A stretch of 64,000 nt of DNA from a virus (taxonomy: Duplodnaviria; Caudoviricetes), in the IMG/VR virus record IMGVR_UViG_3300020331_000002. One strand, 5' to 3'. The notes under the pieces are model-generated. The model was not told the DNA's origin and ran no database searches. It saw nothing but the letters and a program-made list of their open reading frames with translations. The position numbers and the translations under genes are program-made. Below, piece by piece: positions 50,101 to 58,709 of the stretch (position 1 is the first letter of the stretch; each line of letters begins with the position of its first letter).

Positions 50101-50147
50101 TCTACGAAGACGGATCTAATAAGTACTTTATTTGTCAAGCGTCCTAG
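44109..50147 (+). CDS. Large repeat-containing tail fibre / whisker-like protein (2012 aa)
   Basis: N-term LEGSVII..DLTV.G...ETSTVTIED.II....GGLIVER; about 37 degenerate L.DL.DV....G..L.Y....W repeats; CTAAATA 44071-44077. Confidence 0.75.
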   Translation: MSYEFNINGGTRFVLTNGESSGIENIRLEGSVIITEDLTVLGNNTVLETSTVTIEDTIITIGRGTAELDPSDAFLSGGLIVERPSGENHKGLWYTPSAASFIFGETTTDSEGQVAELSPDAYTNVSMGHLTVHYNADGAADAYIGDPSTKFTSSGTVQFGKLSNAESTNIQGENASFENPKDVRVKTGGAVREEVRVEDSSFGEWRVRTSSLVGAAGSEIVYDQDLYMGNGEFTYNGDTVLTMGSGDYVVSINDLQGVVEFRLFDLLDVEGDHQEFAGAPREDGKYLKFNASEGVWLPSFITHINEIENVNANEIAGRVLQYRLDSSDGVYRWMESTVAMPEKLFQLLDVDMSTETEAEPGQSLIWFEEDEVSGAGFWRPSFIPSIHSIMDVESTLPDAGDEGKALIWNNTTGKWVLSATSFVEVLDDLADVNGVLNLDDKAFLKYDLDNSQWAPGFVDDIGEITNVREMSNGLSQDNNLLKYNFSDQVWEAGIIDDLAEIGNVYIPDYGTVEEGHTIKWDVVNARWVTGPSLSRLFDVTDVKETEGSMAEGRFLVWRANGPDGPGWYQSDMSQVQVLDDLNDVIIDQGDLSDGKILRYNSSLSQWEPGIIQQITEIGDVTIDYDQQSVNGIRDQHVLKWNGSRFVNGFVSKISDIENVDAVDNPTDGDFLRYVESTGRWTNSPINSIDEIVNVQLGGIADGKVLEWDSSANAGQGAFVPSAGSRVEYFGDLVDVTVPEDPSQITVGSALRFNGSKWTPYDYSFPEAIGDMNNVIITGPVTGDALLFNGTDWVNGNIPHPTRLEQLRDDVDLDTPLNGEVLMYDGTNWINSTAVVVDVLDDLDDVELNSPRDDQFLRYDIAEARWKNQTVKIPLNILDLEDVNPNYRLPDDNPYYEEPQTGEVLRYNGVYWEGVTLPVYDQLDDLLDVTISGAAVDHVLYYNGAGWQNRKLDFISNMDDLLDVSADSPTNGSILIYDGPASEWVASSVGDLNIVIDDLDDVDTLNVQAGHVLTAVPNGEGFLWTNQPPAYSTLGSLDDVNDGSRALGKYLRYDGTRWVASELVTSEILDSLIEELSLDELGDVTIDNTLDTGHMLVHVEGVWVNQNVGEAFGQYATIGDLGNVTADAPLAGDTIVYDDVTGRYVSVNLVQVVKTGLNLAELAGTENGEQYVWDATGAEWVVKHLGDPSGEPDAGKVLTWDGTKWTTQDLPEDKFIKLLSELDDVQTDDLASIQNNQILRWNAASQYWENVDWPSISLHMLEDVDFVTPDLNDLVAYDGTRWVNLDLPVIAGNVLELDNLSNVNASVPSDQQVLAYSAANGEWQSTDIATVANNNLNLSDLADVFDGVSPSGETKYLAWDFDNSRWSVSSVSLNAFAINELSNVTISSPAAGNFLRFDGVEWINDSVIIPTTLNSLLDVSTTNPTNGAFLAYEEESNEWIARNYLIVESLSDLSDVNTTGVQPGDTLIYQGGSWVPIQLPPVTLESRDLTDISDTAATDGQVLLWNESAGKWEPNNLPDPFIPEVLNDLSNVNVPAPSANDVLVFDNVSGEWIAAAFSTLVNVELGQITNVSLSNVVDAHVLAYNSASGDWENTPIGSLGVDVGDLGDVTGTASADNRFLVYNDTTGKWDITEFQTISMIKDVNAAGAASGDALVWNGTQFVPGSPGNVNAESLNGQPASAYLRSDEADAGVALELSDVRPLAFSSSSEVRIGADSAPRLGVYAPRVSVLADSISLNYSPLDAAGVKFVPDTAPALSEAGFMWCDSSDNSLMFYNGTEQLNISNIATQNYIVNDTDGELTSLTITAAEAKMYVEGTTNENTRFTFSDKATDKAALVDMGASILTDIGGTNGNAGAQTVSVTGKTVLYSDAGDVYRRNGSGTDRLATIADIQAEIITANASYTTVSGNSVALSEGNSLVRYAIPDNTTSVMNISGLDQLETGNSVVIAATANTVISNWGANSRLRMEVTGLTGMYVNGVYTSGTTHIIDLSATPNITLYFYEDGSNKYFICQAS

Positions 50148-50632
50148 ACGCTTGACTTGTAAAACGTGTTACTTATGCACGGATATGTAGGATATTCGGG
50201 GGCTTCATCAATCATTTGGTGAAGCTTTTTTATATTCTTTTTAGGCCTAAGAGTGTGCGCTACTCCTTTATGTAAAGGCGTAGGCCATTGACCTATATTG
50301 ACCCAGGCATAACTTATATGCTCGTCGTTCAAAATTGGCGTGAATTCGCTTGGTATTATCCAGACGTAAGTGTAATAGAAAAAGTTACTGTCAGCGCCTT
50401 GATAGATGTCAAACGGATGCACTTTTAAGGCAGTGGGTACCTTCCCTATTTCCTCGTGAAGCTCGCGCCTGAGCCCGTCTATTGTAGTTTCGCCGTTTTC
50501 AATCTTGCCGCCCCAAATACCCCATCCGGCTCGTTTGGTATTTGCTTTATTGCGTAGGGCGAAAAGAACACGTCGAGTGTCCTTCGCCACAATAATACAG
50601 CCTGCCGCACTTATTTGATTAGAATTTTCCAT
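50144..50632 (-). CDS. NUDIX hydrolase
   Basis: Nudix box GGKIENGETTIDGLRRELHEEIG. Confidence 0.9.
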   Translation of the reverse strand: MENSNQISAAGCIIVAKDTRRVLFALRNKANTKRAGWGIWGGKIENGETTIDGLRRELHEEIGKVPTALKVHPFDIYQGADSNFFYYTYVWIIPSEFTPILNDEHISYAWVNIGQWPTPLHKGVAHTLRPKKNIKKLHQMIDEAPEYPTYPCISNTFYKSSV

Positions 50633-51993
50633 CGTTCCGGTCCGTATTCGTTTAAGTATGTGTAAACCCAGCCGTTTATTTTATCGTATTTAAGGTGCTT
50701 ATTGCTGCTAGAGACATAAACAAAATCAGTTACGTCTTCGTTAGCCCTGTCCTCGGCAATTTTACGATTAAAAACAATAACCCAGCGACCGTCCTTAAAC
50801 TCGATAATATCATCAGCTTCGGGTAAAGTGTGACAATCAAAAAGCCAATTTTCGCTGTGTTGCGTTAAATCCGAAGTCAGTATATAACGCTGACCTTCAG
50901 CAGGCTCTGGCAAGCCGTTTCCTGGTTCTGTTTTATTCGGGTTAACAAGCCTATCAACATTCGGTAACGTGTTGGTAGGCAACGTTGTTTCGTCTAATTC
51001 GATCCCAATAATGTAAGAGTTACTAGGCATTTCTGTAAACTTGAAATAAATGTCGCCTTGTTTATTAGTAGGAAAACTCGCAACGTTCACAACCAAAAAT
51101 GATTCCAGACCAGTCTGGTAGAATGATTCCTTCCAATTTACGGGTTTCCCTTCTCGGTCAAATAGCCCGGCCTGCATGTCATGTAAGCCGTCGACTCCTA
51201 TTTTGATGTAGTAGTCTTCGGCACGTACAATTTGTGTCTTGCGCTCTTCAAACTCCATCACACCGGCGGCTGGATCGTAAAACTTAGACATCTCTTCTTC
51301 TGAAATCTCTTTAGTAACATCCAAGCTCAATACAATATCCTCTATTAAACGCGAGCGCGTAACCTTAGCCGGCGGACTGATTTCAATAGGCACGTTGAAT
51401 GTTAGTGACGCATATTCGCGCTCTTCATCAATTTGGTTACCTATTGAACGGTTAGTCCAGACAATATCATCCAAGCGTATAGAAGTGATATTAGACCAGT
51501 CCAACATATTTGAATTTTGTTGAATTACCACATCTGGGTTAAACACCATAAGTATTTGCTCAATAATTTGCATCTTAGTGGTTGTGGTATTTGTTGAAAT
51601 GTCAAGCTGAATAGTCAAGTTATAAGGCGCTGTCATATGGCGCTCGACATCTATTTTGTTTCCCTTGCCTGACCTGTCGTACCCGTCTTCTGTATGGCGC
51701 TGCTCAACTACAGACACAGTAGACGTGTGAGTTTGATGCTTTCTACGCTCAGGCGCTGGCTTTAGGTCTACAATGTAGTAACTCATAATAACGCCCGGTA
51801 AGATAGAGTTCTCACTATTCTTGTTAAGAATTTGTGCTGCTTGGCGTTGCATGTCGCCGTAAATGATAGGAACCTCGTGTTCGGTGAATATCCCGTCACT
51901 GTTGGGACCTGTCTGATATCTTAGGAAGCTGAACGTCCTCATAAACTGTATCAGATAACGTCTTATTTGCTTATCATAAAAGAATGTGTTCAT
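50611..51993 (-). CDS. gp15: Tail terminator / sheath stabiliser, gp15-like with C-terminal extension
   Basis: FFYDKQIRRYL.QF.R.F, VPI.YGD, PYNLT.QLDI.T......QI.EQIL..FNP. Confidence 0.85.
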   Translation of the reverse strand: MNTFFYDKQIRRYLIQFMRTFSFLRYQTGPNSDGIFTEHEVPIIYGDMQRQAAQILNKNSENSILPGVIMSYYIVDLKPAPERRKHQTHTSTVSVVEQRHTEDGYDRSGKGNKIDVERHMTAPYNLTIQLDISTNTTTTKMQIIEQILMVFNPDVVIQQNSNMLDWSNITSIRLDDIVWTNRSIGNQIDEEREYASLTFNVPIEISPPAKVTRSRLIEDIVLSLDVTKEISEEEMSKFYDPAAGVMEFEERKTQIVRAEDYYIKIGVDGLHDMQAGLFDREGKPVNWKESFYQTGLESFLVVNVASFPTNKQGDIYFKFTEMPSNSYIIGIELDETTLPTNTLPNVDRLVNPNKTEPGNGLPEPAEGQRYILTSDLTQHSENWLFDCHTLPEADDIIEFKDGRWVIVFNRKIAEDRANEDVTDFVYVSSSNKHLKYDKINGWVYTYLNEYGPERWKILIK

Positions 51994-53102
51994 TAGTCTT
52001 CCTTGGGTTTAACCACGCTACTCAGAGCCTGACGTTGTTTGATAGTAGTGCCGTCAGTCATCTTGTCTGTTTTGTCGTTATCTATGAAGCTGTCTGTTAC
52101 GCGGTTAGCCGCAGTCCACGGCTTCTTAACATAGTCGATTGTAATTTTCTTAAACTTCTTGCCTTGTTTTTGATACAATGTTGCAGGCGAAAAGTCAGTG
52201 CGCAAAAAGTAGTCACCGTCTTCCATTTCTTCCGGGAACTCGTCGCCCTCGCCAAACACTTCTGTACTATGAGGCGGAGCACCATCACCTGATCCGTAGT
52301 AGAATTTCGGATCGCCGTTATCGTCTTCGAATATATAAAGGTGTTGCGATGTGGTGACAAGTGGATCACTAGGCACGTAGCTTTCTGCTTCTTCAAGACC
52401 AGATTGTTTTATTTCGTCTAACGTTGATTTGCCGCTAATAATACTGGCGAGTGTTAGCCCGCCGTCGTCGACACCTGCCACATCTTGGTGACTACCGTGC
52501 CCGGACTGGTCAACATCAACTGGTATTTTGTTGCCGTCTGCGTCTAGTACAAACGTAATGCCAGACGAACCTATGATGTCGGAGTACAAATCACTAGCTG
52601 AAAGTATTTTAGCTTTTATGCGCCAAATATGTGGCCACCACCTCGGATCGTATCCGGTGTCTGACTTGTACCCGTCTTGCACAACGAAAAATTTGTTGTA
52701 CGCCGGCGCGTCTTCGCCTAAGGCAAAATGCTCTCGTAAGTGTGGCAACTCTAACACGTCACCGTTCATTAGTTTTCTTCCCAGGACGTCAACCATTTGG
52801 TTGATGTGGAAGTCAATTACAATAGTGTCGTTAGACAGCATGAAGCCGAACTGGGTTAAGTCAAACTCAGTATCATTCGGCGTATACGATCCCGGCAATT
52901 CGTAAATCGCATCATCGTACTTCCTGTTTCTGTTTTCCATGAAAACAACGTCTTCAATAGTTGACTCGTCTCCCTGGCTAGTACCTGCGTATTTGTGGAT
53001 AAAGACACCTGTCCCGCCCACTTCAAAGTTTTCTTTTATAACGCGGTCTAGAAAATGGTAATCGCTGGTCTTTTTAGGATTCCATAGCTTGAGTTTCGGC
53101 AT
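51993..53102 (-). CDS. gp14: Neck / head completion protein, gp14-like
   Basis: DY.FLDR.I.E.F..GGT...IHKY.G, IEDV.F.ENR.RKYD..IY, FDL.QFG..L.ND, LGRKLM.GDV.ELPHL; ATG 53102 with CAGGA SD and GTAAATA motif 53129-53135. Confidence 0.85.
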   Translation of the reverse strand: MPKLKLWNPKKTSDYHFLDRVIKENFEVGGTGVFIHKYAGTSQGDESTIEDVVFMENRNRKYDDAIYELPGSYTPNDTEFDLTQFGFMLSNDTIVIDFHINQMVDVLGRKLMNGDVLELPHLREHFALGEDAPAYNKFFVVQDGYKSDTGYDPRWWPHIWRIKAKILSASDLYSDIIGSSGITFVLDADGNKIPVDVDQSGHGSHQDVAGVDDGGLTLASIISGKSTLDEIKQSGLEEAESYVPSDPLVTTSQHLYIFEDDNGDPKFYYGSGDGAPPHSTEVFGEGDEFPEEMEDGDYFLRTDFSPATLYQKQGKKFKKITIDYVKKPWTAANRVTDSFIDNDKTDKMTDGTTIKQRQALSSVVKPKED

Positions 53103-53145
53103 TGTAAATTCCTGAATATAATTACAAGTATTTACCAAAAAGGCC

Positions 53146-53173
53146 TTGCACATTGGCGGGTAGATGTTAGAGT
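53146..53173 (+). promoter_or_regulatory. Probable sigma70-type promoter
   Basis: AAAAAGGCC-TTGCAC-N16-TAGAGT with TGn; the AAAAAGGCCTTG context also occurs in cassette copy 1. Confidence 0.5.
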
Positions 53174-53203
53174 TAGATTGTAACCAAAAACAAGGTGAAA
53201 CTT

Positions 53204-53554
53204 ATGACAAAAGCGACTAATAAAATTGTAATACACGGTATCGACGACGCCGAGATTGTATCCAGACAATTATCTTTAGGGGTAGCACCACGCGAAGAGG
53301 TTGAAAAATTTAAACTCTTCATTAGCGAAAAACTAAAAGACGATCCTGAGTTCCTTTCTATTTGCATCGTGCGTTTTGATCCTGTACTGTACGGTACGTC
53401 GATAACAAGCAAAGAGCACAACGACAAAAATGATGTTGTTATTGATGTGAATGTACTACGTGCGCTTGCCGTTGTTATGGATCGCGCCTATCCTGAAATA
53501 GCCAAGGTCCTACGAGCAGAAGCACAAATTAATTTCTACAGAGTTGGTGACTAA
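53204..53554 (+). CDS. Hypothetical protein (116 aa)
   Basis: ATG 53204 after AAGGTG; TAATG coupling to uvsE. Confidence 0.7.
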   Translation: MTKATNKIVIHGIDDAEIVSRQLSLGVAPREEVEKFKLFISEKLKDDPEFLSICIVRFDPVLYGTSITSKEHNDKNDVVIDVNVLRALAVVMDRAYPEIAKVLRAEAQINFYRVGD

Positions 53555-54558
53555 TGACAGTTCAAAGAATTGGCTACGCCTGCAAATATGTTGTGGACGA
53601 CAAAGCCGAATACAAACGTTTAAATCAGCGAGCAACGACTAGGAAAAAACTGATGTCGTTGCCAGTACCTGACGCCCGAGCGCTAGTGCGAGAGATTGTT
53701 GAGCACAACATTAACTCAATGGCGCTACAGTTTAGTAAGTTAGCGACAATGCCGCTTGCCTTGCGTATGTGTCGTATAGGGTCGGAAGTAATCCCGCTTT
53801 ACAGTCACGAGTATTTTAGTGATGTATTGTACCCTGAAAATGACGAAGCAACGGTCGAATTTAACGAATTCCTGTCAGCGGGGCTTTATGCTGTTGGCGA
53901 GTTTGCGCGGGCAAACGACATACGCCTGAGTTTTCATCCAGGCCAATTTACCGTACTCGCAAGTGACCGATCCGACGTCGTTGAAAAGTCTATTATTGAG
54001 TTCGAGTACCACGCGACTGTGGCTCGTTTAATGGGTTACGGCCGTGAGTTTCAAGATTTCAAATGCAATGTCCATTTATCAGGCAAAGGTGGCGTCCCGG
54101 TCTTCCGTGAAACATTCGAGCGCTTGAGTCCCGAAGCCCAACGCATAATTACGATTGAAAACGACGAGTTCACAAGTTCACTTGACCGCTGCCTGGAAAT
54201 AGCCGATCTGTGTCCTGTCGTGCTTGATGTACATCACCATTATATTAACTGCGGCCAGTACATACAGCCAGAAGACCCGCGCATAGAAGAAGTTATAGCG
54301 TCCTGGCGCAGCAAACGACCGGTACTACATTACTCGGTATCGCCTGAAGAATATGTGCCCCAGACTACCGGTTTCCCTTCGCTTTCGGAGTTAGTTGAGT
54401 CCGGTATACCTCGTAGTAAGTTAAGAAAACATAGCGACTTTTACCATAACACATGTATGAATAAATGGATAGCGAAATTCAGAGACAAGTTTGATATAAT
54501 GTGCGAGTCCAAAATGAAGAATGTAGCTTCATTCCAACTTTACGAATCCATAAAATAA
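53554..54558 (+). CDS. uvsE: UV damage endonuclease (UvdE/UvsE family)
   Basis: RIGYACK, RLSFHPGQFTVLAS..DVV.KSI.E.EYH, CNVH, ITIENDE, VLDVHHH, P.LHYS, H.D, DIM.E.K.KN. Confidence 0.92.
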   Translation: MTVQRIGYACKYVVDDKAEYKRLNQRATTRKKLMSLPVPDARALVREIVEHNINSMALQFSKLATMPLALRMCRIGSEVIPLYSHEYFSDVLYPENDEATVEFNEFLSAGLYAVGEFARANDIRLSFHPGQFTVLASDRSDVVEKSIIEFEYHATVARLMGYGREFQDFKCNVHLSGKGGVPVFRETFERLSPEAQRIITIENDEFTSSLDRCLEIADLCPVVLDVHHHYINCGQYIQPEDPRIEEVIASWRSKRPVLHYSVSPEEYVPQTTGFPSLSELVESGIPRSKLRKHSDFYHNTCMNKWIAKFRDKFDIMCESKMKNVASFQLYESIK

Positions 54559-54603
54559 CACGAATGGATCTTGGTAAATATAAACAAAAACCAAGGTCCG
54601 ACA

Positions 54604-56304
54604 GTGAAATATATTGTAAAAGTTGCACAACCCTATACCATCGATGAGGTGGTATCTGAGTTTGGATTATCCGTTGTTAAAATCCTACAAGCTGTCAGTG
54701 GCTATTTGATTATTGACGAAACGGATAATGAAAAAATAGTTGAAATGCGAAAATCAGGGAAGTTTCGCATTATTGACGCTGAGCGCGAAATATCACGTTT
54801 CCCCGAAGAACACAACCAACCAATTGAAAACATTGAGTCACAGGATTCCACATCTGACTCACAACTACCTGCAGTGAAATATTGGCATCTAAACGCAATC
54901 AGTAATACTGCCGGCGCGACTTCGGTCTATGAAGAATACGACTTTAGACTAGACGGATCCGGTACTGATATATACATAATTGATTCTGGCATTAATCCCG
55001 ATCACCCTGACATAACGGGCCGCGTGTTTTCTGTACCGGGTGTTGATTCAGATGTAGAATACAACTTAACTGATACTGACGGCCACGGGACTACGGTAGC
55101 CATTTTCGCGGCCGGAATTAACGCAGGCATCGCACGCGGTGCGCACGTATGGTCAGCAAAGTGGGAAACCACTAATATCCAAATAGCAATAGCGCTTGAT
55201 GCGGTATTAGCGCACCATCAAAATAAAAGTAACGGTCGCCCAAGTATCGTAAACATGAGTTTCGGCACAAATGTTACGAGTGATAATCCTTATTATCACA
55301 GTGACGAGCCTGATAATATTAAACCTTTTGACGAGTACAGTACTGATATGGCTAAGGCGATGATTGCTGCAGGCATGCATGTTGTAGCGGCTGCCGGTAA
55401 CGGGTTTGAGAATAAAACTAACGGCACCTTTTTGCCGATGTTGGCAGAACTAATCAACCCAGCCCAGGCGAGTATTACCTCAGATGTAATTACCGTAGGC
55501 GCCACAAACACTGGCAGATATACAATTGCCAACCAAAGTCAAGAAAGTCCTAATAACGAAATGTCAGTGTTTTCTAACTACGGCCGTGCTGTTACTATTT
55601 CGGCACCGGGACATCGTTTGCCTCATTTGCGTTACGATCAAACGTATCATTTTGACTTCTCCGAATACGTGGTGTCAAGTGGTACTAGTTTCGCCGCACC
55701 GTTGGTTGCTGGGGTAATTAGTTGTTGGTTGCAAGAAAAACCATCCGAGACCCCTGCTAGTATAAAATCACAATTAGTGAGTATAGCGTCTGACGGGCTT
55801 ATGTCCAATTTAGGCGGCACGCATGAAAACACAGACGGTGTAATTGCATGGGGCGGTGATATAATACAGGTAGAAGACACAAGCGAAACGGACGTTGAGT
55901 ATTCGGTTTACGATTATCAGATTGATCTAACTACACCGAATAAAATTCTATTCAACCCATGGCAAACGTATACCCCTGTTTATAATAACTCTAGTTTAAG
56001 CCAGATCAGCGGGGACACGGACGGGAATATCGCACCAGTGGATCTTGCAGCCGTATTTCAAACGATACTGGGAGAAGAGCCCTACGGTGTCCAGTACAAT
56101 TATGACGGCGGTATACCGGGCGTGACTATTGACTCCGGCGGTACGTTATCTGGTACGGCAGTGCCCGCTGGCGAGCATACGTTAGAGATTGAATTCACCA
56201 ACGGTTACCAAACATTCACCCGTGTATTTGATTTGACTATCCCGTCTATATATGATACGGAGTGGGTAACATTCACTGGACGATTGACTGTGGAGCAAGC
56301 ATAA
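54604..56304 (+). CDS. Subtilisin-like serine protease (S8) with prodomain and C-terminal Ig-like region
   Basis: Catalytic D (IIDSGI), H (DGHGT), oxyanion N (AAGNG), S (SGTSFAAP); GTG 54604 after AAGGT; GTAAATA 54574-54580. Confidence 0.9.
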   Translation: MKYIVKVAQPYTIDEVVSEFGLSVVKILQAVSGYLIIDETDNEKIVEMRKSGKFRIIDAEREISRFPEEHNQPIENIESQDSTSDSQLPAVKYWHLNAISNTAGATSVYEEYDFRLDGSGTDIYIIDSGINPDHPDITGRVFSVPGVDSDVEYNLTDTDGHGTTVAIFAAGINAGIARGAHVWSAKWETTNIQIAIALDAVLAHHQNKSNGRPSIVNMSFGTNVTSDNPYYHSDEPDNIKPFDEYSTDMAKAMIAAGMHVVAAAGNGFENKTNGTFLPMLAELINPAQASITSDVITVGATNTGRYTIANQSQESPNNEMSVFSNYGRAVTISAPGHRLPHLRYDQTYHFDFSEYVVSSGTSFAAPLVAGVISCWLQEKPSETPASIKSQLVSIASDGLMSNLGGTHENTDGVIAWGGDIIQVEDTSETDVEYSVYDYQIDLTTPNKILFNPWQTYTPVYNNSSLSQISGDTDGNIAPVDLAAVFQTILGEEPYGVQYNYDGGIPGVTIDSGGTLSGTAVPAGEHTLEIEFTNGYQTFTRVFDLTIPSIYDTEWVTFTGRLTVEQA

Positions 56305-56306
56305 GT

Positions 56307-57365
56307 ATGATAAACAGAATAAAGAACTTTTTTAAGAGTCTTATATCTCCGCCTAAAAAGGAAGGATTAATCCTAAACGCCAAAGCAGAAATTCTGTCTA
56401 ATTGGTCGTTTATTATTAGCGGAGATCGTAACCCTGCTAAGTCGACCAATAATTTTGCGGCAGTTCAGTTCAGGACTTCAACTGGCCAAGTGTATGTAAA
56501 CGATCACACGGATTCGGATATGAGCTCTCAAACCGGGTATGTAAGCCGTGCAACATTCATGAACGTCAACGACACTAGTGATTTCAGTGACTATTATATT
56601 TGGGTTACTACTGAAAATTTCGACACGTTCAGCAACACTGCACCTGAAGAAGAAAAAACAACTCGCTGGCAACCGTTAGTTGATTACACGTTCAGATTTA
56701 GGTACGACCCAGAAGTGCATAACTCAAGTGCGTTTAATAGTGTGTGTAATGTTTATGTGGTCTACTCGCCTTTCGGTGAGCCTACCTCGGTGCCATTTGG
56801 TATGGATTTCAACGGAAGAATAACGTTTAATTACACCGAGGCTAAAACACTAACAGTTAACCCGAACATTCGCGATCACTATATATTATCCTCTTCGGGT
56901 AAGGAGCTACAGCCGCAGTCTTCTTTTTACATTAGTTTGACTGAGCTTAACTTAGCAGCACGCGGCCAGTATGGAGATGAATACGCCAACCAGATCGTTG
57001 CTGATAATACTCTTTTGGCAGGCGCAAACTCTAACCGTAGCTCAGCAACACTAAATGAAGAATGGCAAACAAACGAAAACGCCGGCGTGGTGTATTGTTA
57101 TGTAAAGAAAATTAGCGGTGTAACCACCCATATGTCAGAGGGCTCGACGAGAATCAATAAGTGGTTCACGTTACCGGTATCGGGGTCGCCGTATGAATAT
57201 ACAGTAAAAGGTCATACTAACGGCACTGAATCATATCTCTTGTTTGAAATATACATATCGACATCGTTGCCTAATTTTGTGCCTGGCACGTTACGAGCAC
57301 CGGAAGAAAGTAGCGAGTATTTTAGACTTTGTAACGTGACCCTGTATTCGCTAAAACATACCTAA
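56307..57365 (+). CDS. Hypothetical beta-rich structural protein (two related domains)
   Basis: ATG 56307; S/T/N/Y-rich; between protease and gp13. Confidence 0.65.
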   Translation: MINRIKNFFKSLISPPKKEGLILNAKAEILSNWSFIISGDRNPAKSTNNFAAVQFRTSTGQVYVNDHTDSDMSSQTGYVSRATFMNVNDTSDFSDYYIWVTTENFDTFSNTAPEEEKTTRWQPLVDYTFRFRYDPEVHNSSAFNSVCNVYVVYSPFGEPTSVPFGMDFNGRITFNYTEAKTLTVNPNIRDHYILSSSGKELQPQSSFYISLTELNLAARGQYGDEYANQIVADNTLLAGANSNRSSATLNEEWQTNENAGVVYCYVKKISGVTTHMSEGSTRINKWFTLPVSGSPYEYTVKGHTNGTESYLLFEIYISTSLPNFVPGTLRAPEESSEYFRLCNVTLYSLKHT

Positions 57366-57381
57366 TATAAGTGAGTAACTA

Positions 57382-58119
57382 ATGTCAAATCAAAAAAATA
57401 AATTAATAAAACAACTTAAACTTGAACTCGGTTCACAGATGATTGATGTCGAGTTAGACAAAGAGCACTACGAGCTGGCAATAGAACTCGCTATTGAGAA
57501 AATGCAACAGATTTCCGATGGTGGCGTGGAAGAAAGTATCTTGTTTATAACAGTACAAGAAGACATGGGTCTATACCAGCTACCCGACGAAGTAAAGCAA
57601 GTTCGACACGTACATCGCAGAGGGTTAGGCCACGCTGGGCAAACAATCACCTTCGATCCTTATGAAGCCAGCTTTATGAACATGTATATACTGAATAACA
57701 AGCAAACAGGTGGTCTTGCCACTTGGGAGTTAGCACACCACCATTTAGAAACAATGGGGCGACTGTTAGGTGCCGAGGTTCCGTTTATATTCAACCGTTC
57801 TAATAAGACGATTCACTTTCAGCGCAAGTTTAGGCGCGACGAAGAACTTATGTTGACTGTGGATAATGTTAAACCGGAGATCGCAATTTTGACTGATGGT
57901 GATAGCTTGCCTTTTGTGCGCAAATATGCACTAGGAAAATGCAAGGTAATGTTAGGCGAAGCGCGTGAGAAGTTTGCAACGATAGCAGGCCCCAACGGCG
58001 GAACTCAATTAAACGGCTCTCAGCTGAAAGCAGAAGGAATTCAAATGATGCAAGAAGCGGAGGAAGACCTTAAAAATTTACAAACAGGTAACGCGGGTTT
58101 GCCTGTTATTATAGGGTAA
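57382..58119 (+). CDS. gp13: Neck protein, gp13-like
   Basis: LGS.MIDVELD.EHY..AI..A, Y.LP.EV..VR, Y..A..K..LGEAREKF..IAGP.GG..LNG..LK.E. Confidence 0.9.
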   Translation: MSNQKNKLIKQLKLELGSQMIDVELDKEHYELAIELAIEKMQQISDGGVEESILFITVQEDMGLYQLPDEVKQVRHVHRRGLGHAGQTITFDPYEASFMNMYILNNKQTGGLATWELAHHHLETMGRLLGAEVPFIFNRSNKTIHFQRKFRRDEELMLTVDNVKPEIAILTDGDSLPFVRKYALGKCKVMLGEAREKFATIAGPNGGTQLNGSQLKAEGIQMMQEAEEDLKNLQTGNAGLPVIIG

Positions 58120-58121
58120 TT

Positions 58122-58709
58122 ATGAAATCAGGTATCATACATAACTCAAAAGACTTGAACAATGACGTAGTTGGTTCCGGTTATGAAGTCTCTACGTATG
58201 TTTTGAGCGGCGACGCTAATAATACTAACTCATATACCATGATGCGATTTTCTATGACTGAGGTGTTATTGGAAGCCGGCGGCATAGGTGAACGTGGCGC
58301 TGAGCAAGTACGCAAAAACGGCACACAAATTGGTACAACCGTTAACGGCTATAGACAAGTATCTGAGATCTGGAACAATAACTCAAACCCAACTAGCACA
58401 TTGTGGTACTATGTGAAGGTCACTAATGAAGACGAACCTGGCTGGCACGCAGGTGAAAACCTAACCGATGCTTGGAACCCGTTAACGACAACAACCGGAT
58501 CTAGATTTATTACCCGGCCTACTAATACAGGCCGAAACGCTAGATCAATAAGCATAGTAGAGCTTGAAGTTTACGTTAGGGCATCTGCGTCTAAACCTAC
58601 GTTTACCCCGGGCACGTCTGGCGAACCGGTGTTTGATGAAAACTATGTGAAAATATGTGACGTTCTCTTGCGTAATACTTGGGAATACGAAGACAGGTGG
58701 CAGTTATAA
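58122..58709 (+). CDS. Hypothetical beta-rich protein related to the C-terminal domain of 56307..57365
   Basis: E.W..N......W/Y.YVK......W..L...E.Y...S.P.F.PGT...E...Y..IC.V.L shared pattern. Confidence 0.6.
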   Translation: MKSGIIHNSKDLNNDVVGSGYEVSTYVLSGDANNTNSYTMMRFSMTEVLLEAGGIGERGAEQVRKNGTQIGTTVNGYRQVSEIWNNNSNPTSTLWYYVKVTNEDEPGWHAGENLTDAWNPLTTTTGSRFITRPTNTGRNARSISIVELEVYVRASASKPTFTPGTSGEPVFDENYVKICDVLLRNTWEYEDRWQL

